From assembly GCA_965233585.1 (NCBI GenBank), contig CBDDTI010000747.1, positions 544,001 to 608,000 on the forward strand: a stretch of DNA of 64,000 nt, written 5' to 3'. Under the pieces are notes generated by a model that saw only the letters and a list, made by a program, of their open reading frames with translations, was not told the origin of the DNA and made no database searches. This DNA comes from a bacterium. Lineage in GTDB: Bacteria > SAR324 > NAC60-12. Positions within the stretch are counted from its first letter, which is position 1, and every line of letters begins with the position of its first letter. A program made the translations under genes and the position numbers. Below, one piece after another: positions 38,316 through 48,796 of the stretch.

Positions 38316-39793
38316 TTTTTGTGCGTCTTTTGCTCGCTTCCTTTTTTCAAAAACCTTTCTTTCTCGTCTCTTCTTCTATTGTTCTACTTGGTTTGTCCCT
38401 TGAAGTTTCATGGATTGCATGGACTGCATGGACTCCTTTTTTTTATGGATTAAACCGACATTCAACAGCCAAAATTGTGCAAATGGCTTTTTTCATTTTG
38501 TGCAGTTGGCATGTCATCGCTTTCATCTGGCTGTTAGACATCACACATTGGGGATATTTAGTTGGTCTGGCGATGGTGCTTTCTATCATACCAGCTTTGA
38601 CATGGGTTTTTGCCAAATTCCTGTTACCAAGAAGCTATGCACTCATTGGTCTGTTATGGGTTTTGCAAGAGCAAATTTTGGAGGAATTGCCATTTGGAGG
38701 TGTGCCGTGGATGGTGCTTTCTGCATCACAACCTTTGGGGACGTGGCAAAGTGCAGTCGTTCAAATAGGTGGAAGTAGTCTGCTTTCTGCCATCTTGATT
38801 GCTTATTCTGCATGGCTTGCTAGTACTTTGCATCAGCGAGGCAAGCCAATGAGTCTTTGCCTCATCTTTGGAGGAATGGCATTGGGATTAGCCAATTTTC
38901 ATTTTGTCCCATCGTCAAATGACAAGCAGAAACCTTTGAAAGTCGCAGTTGTGACGGGAGATGTGTCATTGGAAGACCTTGCCAATGTCAAACGTTATCC
39001 AGCTATTTTAGAAAATTACCAAGCACGAGCATCAAAGTTGTTGGAAAAGGAACGTAGCGATTTGCTGATTTTTCCAGAAACAGCATGGGCAGGAGTTTTG
39101 GAAAAAGGTGAGACGTTGTTGAAACTTTTAGACTTCGCCAAAGAACATTCTTTAGATTTATTGCTGGGGTCAAATTCCCATCGCCTGATGCCTCCTGATT
39201 GGAAGTGGTTTAATTCTGCCTATTTGTTAAGAAGCGATGCCATGTCTTTTCAGCGATATGACAAAAGACAGCTCGTTCCATTTGGGGAATACACACCTGC
39301 ATTTTTAAAAAAACTGGGCATGAAGCAAGCCATTCCAATCCATGAATACCATGAAGGCAGAACAAAAACAGTGTTACATACCAGTTCTGCAAACATAGGA
39401 GTCTTGATTTGTTTTGAGTCGTTATTTACCAAACTTCGCCCTCATTTTGAGCAAAACCAAGTGGATATGTTTGTCGTCATTTCCAATTTACAATGGCTTT
39501 CTCAAGCAGGGGCAAATCGCTATTTGTTACTGACAAGACTCAAAGCGGCAGAAACTAGAAAGCCTTGGCTTGTTGTTGCCAATGGCAGTGTCTCTGCTTC
39601 TTTTTTTCCTAGTTTGTGGGGAATGAATGAAAGAAAAATCAAAGGGGAACAAGTGCTGACAGTTTATCAAAGTCAGCACGTCACGCCCTATGGACGTTAC
39701 GGACTCTTGCTGACCCTTGCAATTTTAGGAGGTTGTGTATTTGTTGAATTCTTTGCGAGAAGAAATGATTTTGTCCAACAAACCAAAGTCTAG
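38303..39793 (+). CDS. lnt: Apolipoprotein N-acyltransferase
   Basis: GGVPW, FPET, YDKRQLVPFGEY, LICFES catalytic E-K-C; 3' end overlaps convergent clpP by 69 bp. Confidence 0.88.
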   Translation: MDVLIFVRLLLASFFQKPFFLVSSSIVLLGLSLEVSWIAWTAWTPFFYGLNRHSTAKIVQMAFFILCSWHVIAFIWLLDITHWGYLVGLAMVLSIIPALTWVFAKFLLPRSYALIGLLWVLQEQILEELPFGGVPWMVLSASQPLGTWQSAVVQIGGSSLLSAILIAYSAWLASTLHQRGKPMSLCLIFGGMALGLANFHFVPSSNDKQKPLKVAVVTGDVSLEDLANVKRYPAILENYQARASKLLEKERSDLLIFPETAWAGVLEKGETLLKLLDFAKEHSLDLLLGSNSHRLMPPDWKWFNSAYLLRSDAMSFQRYDKRQLVPFGEYTPAFLKKLGMKQAIPIHEYHEGRTKTVLHTSSANIGVLICFESLFTKLRPHFEQNQVDMFVVISNLQWLSQAGANRYLLLTRLKAAETRKPWLVVANGSVSASFFPSLWGMNERKIKGEQVLTVYQSQHVTPYGRYGLLLTLAILGGCVFVEFFARRNDFVQQTKV

Positions 39794-40303
39794 TGCTTCT
39801 TTGGCAGTGAACCAGTTGTCTCTGTCTAGTGCTTCTTTGATTTCTTCATACGATTTGCCTGTGTGCTGACAATAAATTTCAATTGTTAAGTCTCGTGTTT
39901 TTAGAATTTCTTGGGCTTGAATCTCGCAGTCTGTCGCCCTTCCTTGATAGCCTGTCAACAAAGGTTGATGAATCATAATTTTTGCATGTGGCATGGCAAA
40001 TCGTTGTCCTTTGTCTGCAGAAAGACTTAACAATGACCCCATACTTGCCGCAAAGCCGCTCACTACTGTTGTCACAGGGCAGCTGATAAAGCGAAGCATA
40101 TCAAAAATAGCAAATCCTGAAAACATTTCGCCCCCTGGAGAATTGATCAACACTGTGATTCGTTTGTCAGATGCCAGTTGCTCAAGCAAGACAAGTTGTT
40201 CCAATATCTTTGATGCCAATTTTGAGTCCACTTGATTTGAAATAATCACAGTCCGCGATTCAAGAAGTTGTTCCTCAAGTGAGAAGTTTTTTTGATTTGC
40301 CAT
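39725..40303 (-). CDS. clpP: ATP-dependent Clp protease proteolytic subunit
   Basis: INSPGG, AASMGS, MIHQP, DRDNWFTAKEALDFGLLD. Confidence 0.95.
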   Translation of the reverse strand: MANQKNFSLEEQLLESRTVIISNQVDSKLASKILEQLVLLEQLASDKRITVLINSPGGEMFSGFAIFDMLRFISCPVTTVVSGFAASMGSLLSLSADKGQRFAMPHAKIMIHQPLLTGYQGRATDCEIQAQEILKTRDLTIEIYCQHTGKSYEEIKEALDRDNWFTAKEALDFGLLDKIISSRKEFNKYTTS

Positions 40304-40408
40304 AAATGGGGAGGATAAAGTTAAAAATTCAATAATCTATCAAGGAATTAGAATAGCGTGAAGCCGTTGTAAACACAAGCAACCTCTTCAGACATTGCCC
40401 AGAGAAAG

Positions 40409-41482
40409 TCAAGCGGTAGTTCTTCTGCCTTTGAGGCGGTAAACGTAAGACAGCACTTCTGCCACTGCACGGAAAAACTGGTCTGGAATCACCTCGCCCA
40501 CTTCTACATCGTTGTAGAGTTCACGTGCAAGTTTAGGTCTTTCTACAATAGGCACAGAGTTTTCACGGGCAATGACACGCATTCTTTGTGCAAGGTGGTC
40601 GCCCCCTTTGGCTGTGACGTGTGGTGCTGTCATTGTCTCTCGGTCATAACGAATGGCTACCGAATAGTGTGTCGGATTGGTCAAGATGGCATCAGCTTTG
40701 GGGACCTCTTGCATCATGCGTGCGCGTGCCATCTCTCGTTGTACTTGACGAATACGGCTTTTCACATGAGGGTCACCTTCTGTTTGTTTGTTTTCTTCTT
40801 TCACCTCTTGCTTTGTCATTCGTAGCTGTTGTTCCAAATACCAACGTTGGTAAAAGTAATCAATGACACTCAATGCAATGACCGTGAGCAAAATTTTTAG
40901 TGACACTTCGTTCAGCAGTTGGAAACAGTACACAATGATTTCAGAGGGAGGCAATGAAATGAGACCAGCCCATGCCTCTTTTTCTGCCTCAAATGTGTCA
41001 TAGCCGATGTACCCCAGTGCAGTGATTTTAAATAAACTTTTAAATAGTTCTACCAATCCTTGTGTAGAAAAAAGTCTTTTAATTCCACTCAATGGGCTGA
41101 TCTTGCTAAACTTTGGCATGAGAGGCTTCCAAGTCAAACGTAACCCTACTTGAAAGATAGATGCAAAAATTCCAATGATCACAGCTATTGCAAAGAAAGG
41201 GAGTAAAAGCCAGCCACCTATGCCGACCAAAGGGACGATTGTTGGCACAACAGACTGAATGGTGATTTCGTTGGTTGTCAAATTGCTGAAGGCTTCTACA
41301 AACAGTTGTTGCGAGTCTTCTAAAAGATTGGAAGACATGAAGTAAAAGACAGACAACGTTGCCGCTAACAATGCTGCTGACCCAACCTCTCTGCTAAAGG
41401 CGACTTGTCCTTCATTTCGGGCATCGTCTCTCTTTTTATCTGTGGGGTCTTCTGTTTTTTCTTGTCCTTCCTGTTCTGCCAT
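40409..41482 (-). CDS. flhB: Flagellar biosynthesis protein FlhB
   Basis: EKTEDPT, MTKQEVKEE, NPTH autocleavage motif. Confidence 0.96.
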   Translation of the reverse strand: MAEQEGQEKTEDPTDKKRDDARNEGQVAFSREVGSAALLAATLSVFYFMSSNLLEDSQQLFVEAFSNLTTNEITIQSVVPTIVPLVGIGGWLLLPFFAIAVIIGIFASIFQVGLRLTWKPLMPKFSKISPLSGIKRLFSTQGLVELFKSLFKITALGYIGYDTFEAEKEAWAGLISLPPSEIIVYCFQLLNEVSLKILLTVIALSVIDYFYQRWYLEQQLRMTKQEVKEENKQTEGDPHVKSRIRQVQREMARARMMQEVPKADAILTNPTHYSVAIRYDRETMTAPHVTAKGGDHLAQRMRVIARENSVPIVERPKLARELYNDVEVGEVIPDQFFRAVAEVLSYVYRLKGRRTTA

Positions 41483-41570
41483 AATTTATTTATAAGAATA
41501 TTTTACACATTTTTTAAAATTTCTACTTTTAATTAGTAATATCAAAAATTTAATCACACTATTACATTTT

Positions 41571-41819
41571 TTAGTTTTCTGATGGACTAGATAGTGGTAA
41601 AAGAGTTCTAATAGATTCTCCTAGAACTGGAACTCCTAAACACAATGAGACCATACTAGATAGTCTCCCTATTATATTCCAAAATTTTTCATTAATATCA
41701 TTACCTTTCTTTACTGTATCCCTAAATGATTTATTTGTAATGACATAACCATAAATCTTATCTATAGATTCTGTAATAGGAACAACACCAGAAATAAAAT
41801 ATTCTTCAATATTAATCAC
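41571..41819 (-). CDS. Small AT-rich hypothetical ORF or gene remnant downstream of the R-M gene
   Basis: 82-aa ORF (GTG start) in a very AT-rich stretch; no motif recognised. Confidence 0.3.
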   Translation of the reverse strand: MINIEEYFISGVVPITESIDKIYGYVITNKSFRDTVKKGNDINEKFWNIIGRLSSMVSLCLGVPVLGESIRTLLPLSSPSEN

Positions 41820-41884
41820 TATTTTTTGAATGAATTTAAACTTGTGATAACAATATAAAAAATCAAGTAAGTTTTATAAAAATT

Positions 41885-44800
41885 TTACAACTCCCTTTCC
41901 AAAACCGCCTCTTTCCTGCTCCCCGATGTATCCACCACATTTTGAGCTTCGTTTATTTTTTGTTCTAATTGTCCTACTTTTTGAACAAGGGATTTTTGAA
42001 TATTTAGAGGAGGCAAGGAGCTTTGAATATTGTAAATATTATTTCTATTGATTCCTCCTGAACCAGAACCTACTTTCATAGAAGGTAAGTTTAACGATTT
42101 CAATAGATAAAATATAAATTTTAATTCATTATCATCAGAATCCAATAACTTGACGTAAAAGGTAGTATCAATAGGAGTGCAATTTTTTTCTGACCAATTA
42201 ATTTCTCCTGCACTTCCTTTCCTACCAACTATAACACAAGGAGCTTTCACCTCAAAATTATTATGAGTTCCTACAATACCGTTTGAACCGTACACAGGAA
42301 ACTCTCCTTGTACTCTTTCATTCTCTGGTAATGAAATACCATATTCTAAAGTAAATACTTCCCCCAACTTTCTCACCTCATGCCCTCCATTTACTACCGC
42401 TTGAACTTCCTTTTCTATCTCATTTTTATAAGTGCTTATCTTTTCTTGTGCTTTTGCTACTTCCTTATCTATTGCTTCACACTTCACAACTATTTTTTGC
42501 TGAATATCTAAGGGAGGGAGTGGGATTTTTATTTGTTTCATCTTTTCAGCATTTAAGTTCGGTTGTGTTAATGCTATAGTTAAATTGTTGACTTGCTGCC
42601 AATACAAATCCGTATTGTAAAACGAAAAAAGATACGCTGGAAGTATTTTTTCATTTAAGGTTAATCTTACTAGATAAGAGGCGAAAATTAATTTTTCATT
42701 TATATTTTTATAGAAAAACATTCTTCCTGTACTACCACTTCTTGCGATAACAATATCATTCTGTTTTAGTAAAAAATCTTTTTTTATCTCTACGGTAGGA
42801 TTGATATATTTCTTATCCTCGTTTTTTAATGTTCCATCTTCATTAATATCTGTTATTCTTAAATATCTTATTTCTCCTTTGTTTTCTGCTTTTGCAGTAT
42901 ATCCATATTGAGTATTACAGACTTCTCCTAAATTTATAATTGGATACTTACTTTCTACCTCATTATGTATTTTAGGGTTTAAACTAAGGCTGTTACTAAA
43001 TTCCGTCCTTTCAAAATCCAGCATATCGGTTAAACGGGCAATTTTTACATGGTCTTTTAAGGTTTCGTCAACAGCGGTAATGGGCTGTTTTTCAAAGTGG
43101 TTTAAAATATAGCTATTGGCTTTTTCAGGGTTTAGATGATTGTTTTCATCAAACATTTTATTTTGGGCTTGTCCCTTTTCGTTTCGCTTGATTTTAATCC
43201 CTTCGCTTCCCTTTCTATTAGAAAATTCATAACCTAAAAAGTCTTTGGCGGTTTGTTTTTCACCCGATTGCACGATAATCGTTTGTTGATGCTTATAGGC
43301 TTCGCTTACAGTTTTCACTTTTCTAAAATCATCTTTTAAGGTCAGCATAAAATAATAGAATTTTTCCTGTTCTATTTCCAATACCTTATTTAAAAATGCT
43401 GTATTTAATCTTGTTTCTTGATCTTTAAGAGATAAATGTTTAAAACTGGTTTTCTTCTTTAAGTTTTCTGTGGAGGGTAATTTGTTAAACCAGTCTTGAT
43501 AATTTTTGTAAAAAGAAGCGTCTTGAATGTTTTCATTAGGGTTTTTATCAATCAGGGTTTTGTAATCTTCTTTATTCAATCCACGGTAAGATAAAAACAT
43601 ATCTAAAAGTTTATCCCTGTCTAAATAATTCTCTTTTTTCCCCGTGGTGAAAATTTCATCGGCAACCACCCCTCTATCATAGGCAAACCAAAAATGTCTT
43701 TTTTCTAAAAACAACACTACGGTATTGGTTCCCGTTGCTCCAAAAGTGCCGCTACCAAAAGAAGCAATGGCTTTGATATTAAAATGTTCTAAAATTATTT
43801 TTCGGGTCGCTCTATGTAAATCCGAATCATTGCTTAAAATAGAAGAAGGTAAAATAATCGCCGCCCTGCCACCTTCTTTTAAAAGTTGTGCCGTGCGTTC
43901 TATAAAAAGATTTTCTATTTCTTTGGAACTTTCGGTTAAATACTTAAAAAGCGAAAATTGTTTTTCATTAACGGGTAAATAGTTCTTAAAAGATTTAATG
44001 GAATAAGGCGGATTAGACAAAATCACATCAAACAGATTTTTTTCTTCCTTACAATCTAATCTGTCATGATCTTCCAACCCATCACCATAAATGATATTGG
44101 CATCGCCATCACCATTGAGAAAACAAGCAATTTGTGAAGTCCTTGCCAAACGGTAATCTTTCTCTATGCCAAAAATATAGTCCTTTGCCCAAAGCGTATT
44201 GTCTTTGTAAGATTTTGCATTATTCAATATAACTTCTTTGTCTCCCTCAACAACATCTATCTTGTCAATTTGGCTTAAATCCAATCGGTCAATGTTTTTT
44301 TGTAGTTCATCAATGCTTTCAGTTAAAAAATGCCCTGCACCACAGGCATAATCCAAAATTTTAGGTAGGAAACTTTTTGTTCCTGCTTGTAATTTTTTGT
44401 CTGTTATGTGATTCAATCCTAAAGACAAAATCATAAACCGAACAATCGGTACAGGGGTAAAAAACTGCCCTTCGTTTTGTTTGATCCCGTGATTTAGTAT
44501 CAATTCAAAAAAATCGCCCAGTATTTGTTGCTTTTTGGTATAGCGAAAACGGTAATTTTGTAGCATTTTTATCACTTCGTTTAACACCCTTGCGTTTTCT
44601 TTAAACAAGGTTTCGTTATGAACCTCTTTTAGAGCAAATTCATTTTGAGTGTAATACTTGATTTGCTTAAAAATATGTTCTATTTCTCGTATTTTTGATA
44701 CTTTTGAGTAAGAATCTATAATATCTTTAATTTTTTGATCTTCAAAATATACAATTTCTTGCCCTAAATGCTCTTCCATTCCCTTAGCATAAAGTCTTTG

Positions 44801-45724
44801 CAGTCTGTCTTGAATGTTTTCAGGGGTATCTTCTCCCTCCTTGACTTGAAAATCCAAAACGGCATGACCGCCTTTTTCTTCATCTACAATTTTACAAAGC
44901 AGCAAAGACAAAAACCTGTTAAACGCATTGGCGTTGTCCGAAATGTTGTTGTGCCTTAAAATTTCCATAAATTGGTTAAAAATCCCCGAAGCCCCCGTAA
45001 AGGGTTTTAAATCTTTCTTTTTTAGAGGCTTTAATTCAATTTCATAGGCATTAACATCGTATTCAAAAATACCGTTATAATGAAAATAGAGGTTGAAAGT
45101 TTCTTTCCAAACCTCAAAAAGTGCTTTGTTGTTTTTGGCTTTTTCGTATAGCTTAATGCTTTCATCTCCATTCTTAAATGCCTCTATGTCTTCTTTTCTA
45201 TCTTGAGTTTTGATGATGGCGTTTTCATAAGTTATTTTTTCTTCTTTAAAATCAGAAGCGTATAGACACAGGTATTTTGTATCTTTTTCTTGTTGAAAAT
45301 AAGAAAAAAGTTGTCCGCCATTGGATAGCATTTTTTGTTTTTCTTTTTCATATTCGTCGCCCCAAGTTTTGCATTCAATCAGAAGCAACGGTTTTTCTTC
45401 ATGATCTCTTACTAAAATATCGGCTCGTCCGCCACTTGCTCCGTGTCCTACTTTCCATTTTGGTTCAAGCTCTAAATGTTGAGGTAAATATCCTTTCTCC
45501 AAAAGTCTATGCACGCATTCAAACACGACAAAATTCTCTGCAGATGAAAAATTACAAGTTTGCCGTTCGTTAACTTTTAGCCCTTGATTTTCAGGGTAAA
45601 TGATTTGACCTTTGGCAAAATCTACTTGTAAACTAACTTCCTTAAAGGTTTTAGTAAAAACATTGTTCTTTTCCTCAAAAGCTAACTTTTGTAATAGTTT
45701 TTTAAAATTTTCTTTTGTTATCAT
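41885..45724 (-). CDS. Single-chain type IIG restriction-modification enzyme (HsdR_N nuclease + N6-A MTase + two HsdS-like TRDs)
   Basis: RADILV...LIECK nuclease; GQFFTP, LDYACGAGHF, NPPY; PLPPLDIQQKIV and LPPLNIQKSLV TRD repeats. Confidence 0.9.
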   Translation of the reverse strand: MITKENFKKLLQKLAFEEKNNVFTKTFKEVSLQVDFAKGQIIYPENQGLKVNERQTCNFSSAENFVVFECVHRLLEKGYLPQHLELEPKWKVGHGASGGRADILVRDHEEKPLLLIECKTWGDEYEKEKQKMLSNGGQLFSYFQQEKDTKYLCLYASDFKEEKITYENAIIKTQDRKEDIEAFKNGDESIKLYEKAKNNKALFEVWKETFNLYFHYNGIFEYDVNAYEIELKPLKKKDLKPFTGASGIFNQFMEILRHNNISDNANAFNRFLSLLLCKIVDEEKGGHAVLDFQVKEGEDTPENIQDRLQRLYAKGMEEHLGQEIVYFEDQKIKDIIDSYSKVSKIREIEHIFKQIKYYTQNEFALKEVHNETLFKENARVLNEVIKMLQNYRFRYTKKQQILGDFFELILNHGIKQNEGQFFTPVPIVRFMILSLGLNHITDKKLQAGTKSFLPKILDYACGAGHFLTESIDELQKNIDRLDLSQIDKIDVVEGDKEVILNNAKSYKDNTLWAKDYIFGIEKDYRLARTSQIACFLNGDGDANIIYGDGLEDHDRLDCKEEKNLFDVILSNPPYSIKSFKNYLPVNEKQFSLFKYLTESSKEIENLFIERTAQLLKEGGRAAIILPSSILSNDSDLHRATRKIILEHFNIKAIASFGSGTFGATGTNTVVLFLEKRHFWFAYDRGVVADEIFTTGKKENYLDRDKLLDMFLSYRGLNKEDYKTLIDKNPNENIQDASFYKNYQDWFNKLPSTENLKKKTSFKHLSLKDQETRLNTAFLNKVLEIEQEKFYYFMLTLKDDFRKVKTVSEAYKHQQTIIVQSGEKQTAKDFLGYEFSNRKGSEGIKIKRNEKGQAQNKMFDENNHLNPEKANSYILNHFEKQPITAVDETLKDHVKIARLTDMLDFERTEFSNSLSLNPKIHNEVESKYPIINLGEVCNTQYGYTAKAENKGEIRYLRITDINEDGTLKNEDKKYINPTVEIKKDFLLKQNDIVIARSGSTGRMFFYKNINEKLIFASYLVRLTLNEKILPAYLFSFYNTDLYWQQVNNLTIALTQPNLNAEKMKQIKIPLPPLDIQQKIVVKCEAIDKEVAKAQEKISTYKNEIEKEVQAVVNGGHEVRKLGEVFTLEYGISLPENERVQGEFPVYGSNGIVGTHNNFEVKAPCVIVGRKGSAGEINWSEKNCTPIDTTFYVKLLDSDDNELKFIFYLLKSLNLPSMKVGSGSGGINRNNIYNIQSSLPPLNIQKSLVQKVGQLEQKINEAQNVVDTSGSRKEAVLEREL

Positions 45725-45885
45725 TTTGACTAATGTTAAGGTAGGTTAAAAGTTTTTCTCATCACTTCACAAAATCAAAGTGTCGTTTGATTGGATTGAT
45801 TTTTAAATGATTCCACAAACGAGATGTATTATATTCTGCATTCAACTGACAATCAAAATTTGAACACTTCTAATTTTGAGCAAAA

Positions 45886-46314
45886 ATGTATCAAAAAGAA
45901 ATAAATCTGCAAGCCCGTTCCAGAGGCTTCCATCTGATCACTGATGAAATTATGCAACACTTGGAAGATTCACCTATTCAAAAAATTCAGACAGGGTTAC
46001 TCCATTTACTCTTGAAGCATACATCAGCATCATTGACTTTGAACGAAAATGCAGACCCCACCGTCAGAAAAGACTTTGAAAACTTTTTTCATCGCACAGT
46101 GCCAGAAAATGAACCCTACTACTTGCATACTTACGAAGGGAGTGATGACCTACCTGCTCATCTGAAAAGCAGTCTTTTAGGAACATCACTGACTCTGCCA
46201 GTCACATCAGGTCGTCTAAATCTTGGTACATGGCAAGGAATCTATCTGGGGGAACATCGCAATCATGCTTCATCACGAACTATTGTTGCCACATTGCAAG
46301 GTACGGGTTTTTAA
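45886..46314 (+). CDS. yjbQ: YjbQ/UPF0047 family protein
   Basis: [37 protein letters not shown]. Confidence 0.93.
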   Translation: MYQKEINLQARSRGFHLITDEIMQHLEDSPIQKIQTGLLHLLLKHTSASLTLNENADPTVRKDFENFFHRTVPENEPYYLHTYEGSDDLPAHLKSSLLGTSLTLPVTSGRLNLGTWQGIYLGEHRNHASSRTIVATLQGTGF

Positions 46315-46487
46315 TAAACTGTTGCCGAAGCTGGGGCATGATTGATGACGAACAATGCTAGTCTAAAATGTTGGATAAGAGGAGTTATAAAAAAACATCT
46401 TGAAATATTGAAATAATTAGATTGACTATGATTATCATAGTTTTTTATACTTCTCTATTTTTCACTTTTTAAGTCACAATCAGGGAT

Positions 46488-46895
46488 ATGGAAGATCAAT
46501 CGCTCTTAGATATGAATTATTTAATAGGACTTTTAAATCAAGAAGGTTATGCAGAAGCAGAGTTACTTGGGGACGAGTGCATTGGTTTTAAATCAGATGG
46601 GTTAGCTGTGTTGCTTTTTCAATACAGCGATGGAGATTTACAACTGTATTTTTGCATCAGAATTGATGGCGTGTGGGGGCATGATTCTATGAATACTTGG
46701 AACTCTACCCATAGAATGAGCCGTGCTTATCTGGACAAAGACAAGCACCCTGTTTTGGAAAATGACATGTCTGGGGGGGCATCTGCTACTTCTGAATCTA
46801 TCATCAATTTTGTCAATGTCTTCACACAGGTTTCTATTCCTAGCTTCGTGCGTTTTTTGAGAGAAGGGGATTACAGCAACGAGACACTCAATTAA
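46488..46895 (+). CDS. YbjN-domain protein
   Basis: MNTWNSTHRMSRAYLDKD...LEND pattern of the YbjN family. Confidence 0.7.
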   Translation: MEDQSLLDMNYLIGLLNQEGYAEAELLGDECIGFKSDGLAVLLFQYSDGDLQLYFCIRIDGVWGHDSMNTWNSTHRMSRAYLDKDKHPVLENDMSGGASATSESIINFVNVFTQVSIPSFVRFLREGDYSNETLN

Positions 46896-47857
46896 AGCGA
46901 CTCTATCTGTTGTCCTTTAACCCATAATGAAATAGGTGGCCATTGCTGAAGCAACATCACATTTTCAGGTAACATGATGGTGGGGCGTTCCCAATAACTG
47001 CCGGGCGCTTTCCCTTCTGCGTCAATTTTTGCAGAAAGACCTTCTTCTGCCAATCTTTTCAACACATCTTTAGGACCTTCCAAATGGACATTAAACACTT
47101 CAGGATTGATCTTGACTTCATATTCTGAACCAACCACCCGAATTTGGACATTTTTAAACACCCGCCTTACAGGTAAAACTTTGATACGGACTTGTGCGAG
47201 ATAATCTGACCCATTTGCAAGCACGCGGATTCTTTTTGGCACATCAAGTGAAATGGTTTCAATAAATGACTCAGAACGTTCCTCAAGGTCAATGCTTCTT
47301 GTAAAAAGTTGTGTTAACTCTGAGACTTGTGATTGAACACCTTCAATCTGAGCCTGATTCGGAATAATCTCAAGAGATTGTAAAATGTATCCTTCTTTGA
47401 GGTTTCCATGATAGCGGGGGGTCAACGTCACAGATTTGGTCACAACCTGCTCAATGTCAAACTCTAATTTTGAGGGTGAAAGCGACAGAATCTCCATGTC
47501 TGAAGCACCTTCTACGTCTTGTTCAGAAAGAGTATGGGTAAAGTATCCGGGGTTGACACGTTCCATGTCAATAATGATTTGGATATTTTTAGACTGAAAA
47601 TCTTGACCAGACCGCCTGCCTAGCATACCTGTCAGCTGGACTGTAGAAGGAAAGTTTGAAGCAATTTGAAGTTTTTCAGGGAAATTTTGAAAGATAATTG
47701 GTGCAGAAAAACTCACTCTGGTCGGCTCAAATTTTCTTTTGGAAAGAAACCAGATGAACAATGCCATAAAAATAGAAATCAATTTCAGAGCCAAATGCTT
47801 ACGAAAGACTTTGAAATTGACAGGGGAATTGAAATTTAAGCGATTTTTAAATGGCAT
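46892..47857 (-). CDS. cdaR: CdaR/YbbR-like diadenylate cyclase regulator
   Basis: LKLISIFMALFIW anchor, repeated YbbR beta domains, follows cdaA. Confidence 0.82.
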   Translation of the reverse strand: MPFKNRLNFNSPVNFKVFRKHLALKLISIFMALFIWFLSKRKFEPTRVSFSAPIIFQNFPEKLQIASNFPSTVQLTGMLGRRSGQDFQSKNIQIIIDMERVNPGYFTHTLSEQDVEGASDMEILSLSPSKLEFDIEQVVTKSVTLTPRYHGNLKEGYILQSLEIIPNQAQIEGVQSQVSELTQLFTRSIDLEERSESFIETISLDVPKRIRVLANGSDYLAQVRIKVLPVRRVFKNVQIRVVGSEYEVKINPEVFNVHLEGPKDVLKRLAEEGLSAKIDAEGKAPGSYWERPTIMLPENVMLLQQWPPISLWVKGQQIESL

Positions 47858-48662
47858 GAGAGTCTTCTAAATCTGATGTGGATTTTGATGACAAAAATTG
47901 TTTTAAAATTTGACGCATGTCTGTGAGCTGTTCTCGTGAATAAATTTCTCCTCGGTAACAAACACTTAACTCACCTCTTTCTTCTGAAACCACAATCACC
48001 ACTGAATCTGTGGTTTCAGACAATCCTAGTGCAGCGCGATGACGTGTTCCAAATTGAGGAGCAAGTTCTGATATAGACAGAGGTAAAACACAACCAGCAG
48101 AGGCAATTCTGCCAGCAGAATCAATAATCAACGCACCATCATGCAAGGGTGATTGTGTTTGAAAAATGCTGATGAGTAAACTTTTATTGATTTGAGCGTC
48201 TAAAAATTGTCCTCTTTCCATAAAATTACGCAACCCCATTTCTTTTTCAAAGGCAATTAATGCACCAATCCTTTTCTCCGCTAGATAAACTGCACTTTGA
48301 ATGACAACTTCTAAATTCTCCTCTTGACGCCTTTGTGGCTTCCCAATTAAAAATGGCAAGACTCCAAAACGTGCCAAACCGTCTCGGATTTCTGATTGAA
48401 ACAAAATAATCAACGCTAAAGTCAAAGAGTTTGCAAGGTTATCCAAGAGCAGTTGTGTTGCAGAAAGTTCTAAGTAGATAGAAACAAAATACAAAATGAA
48501 TGCTAGCAAAAAGCCAACAAAAATTTGCATCGTCCGTGTGCCTTGAATCCAGAGCATCACACGGTAAAAGACAGCTCCCAACAACAAAACATCTACTGCA
48601 TCTTGCCAGACCAAAAATCCTAGCCATTTTTGCAAACTGACAATGTTCAAATATTCTTCCAT
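47847..48662 (-). CDS. cdaA: Diadenylate cyclase CdaA
   Basis: 3 TM helices, ILFQSEIR, IGALI, PLHDGA, GTRHRAALG, VVSEE; ATG at 48662 with AAGGGG SD. Confidence 0.93.
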   Translation of the reverse strand: MEEYLNIVSLQKWLGFLVWQDAVDVLLLGAVFYRVMLWIQGTRTMQIFVGFLLAFILYFVSIYLELSATQLLLDNLANSLTLALIILFQSEIRDGLARFGVLPFLIGKPQRRQEENLEVVIQSAVYLAEKRIGALIAFEKEMGLRNFMERGQFLDAQINKSLLISIFQTQSPLHDGALIIDSAGRIASAGCVLPLSISELAPQFGTRHRAALGLSETTDSVVIVVSEERGELSVCYRGEIYSREQLTDMRQILKQFLSSKSTSDLEDSHAI

Positions 48663-48717
48663 AACCCCTTGTAAAGCATAGATTGTTCCAAAATAGATTT
48701 TTTCTAGCAAATCCCTC

Positions 48718-48746
48718 TTGACAAATTTCATAAGATGTAAGATAAT
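48718..48746 (+). promoter_or_regulatory. Putative sigma70 promoter of the hrcA-grpE-dnaK-dnaJ operon
   Basis: TTGACA-N17-GATAAT; the -10 element touches the CIRCE. Confidence 0.7.
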
Positions 48747-48772
48747 TAGCACTCTATCGTGATGAGTGCTAA
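48746..48772. promoter_or_regulatory. CIRCE operator (HrcA binding site)
   Basis: Perfect TTAGCACTC-N9-GAGTGCTAA; arms extend to 15 bp (48740..48778). Confidence 0.97.
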
Positions 48773-48796
48773 TTATCTGGAGAGATTTTGTCAGAC

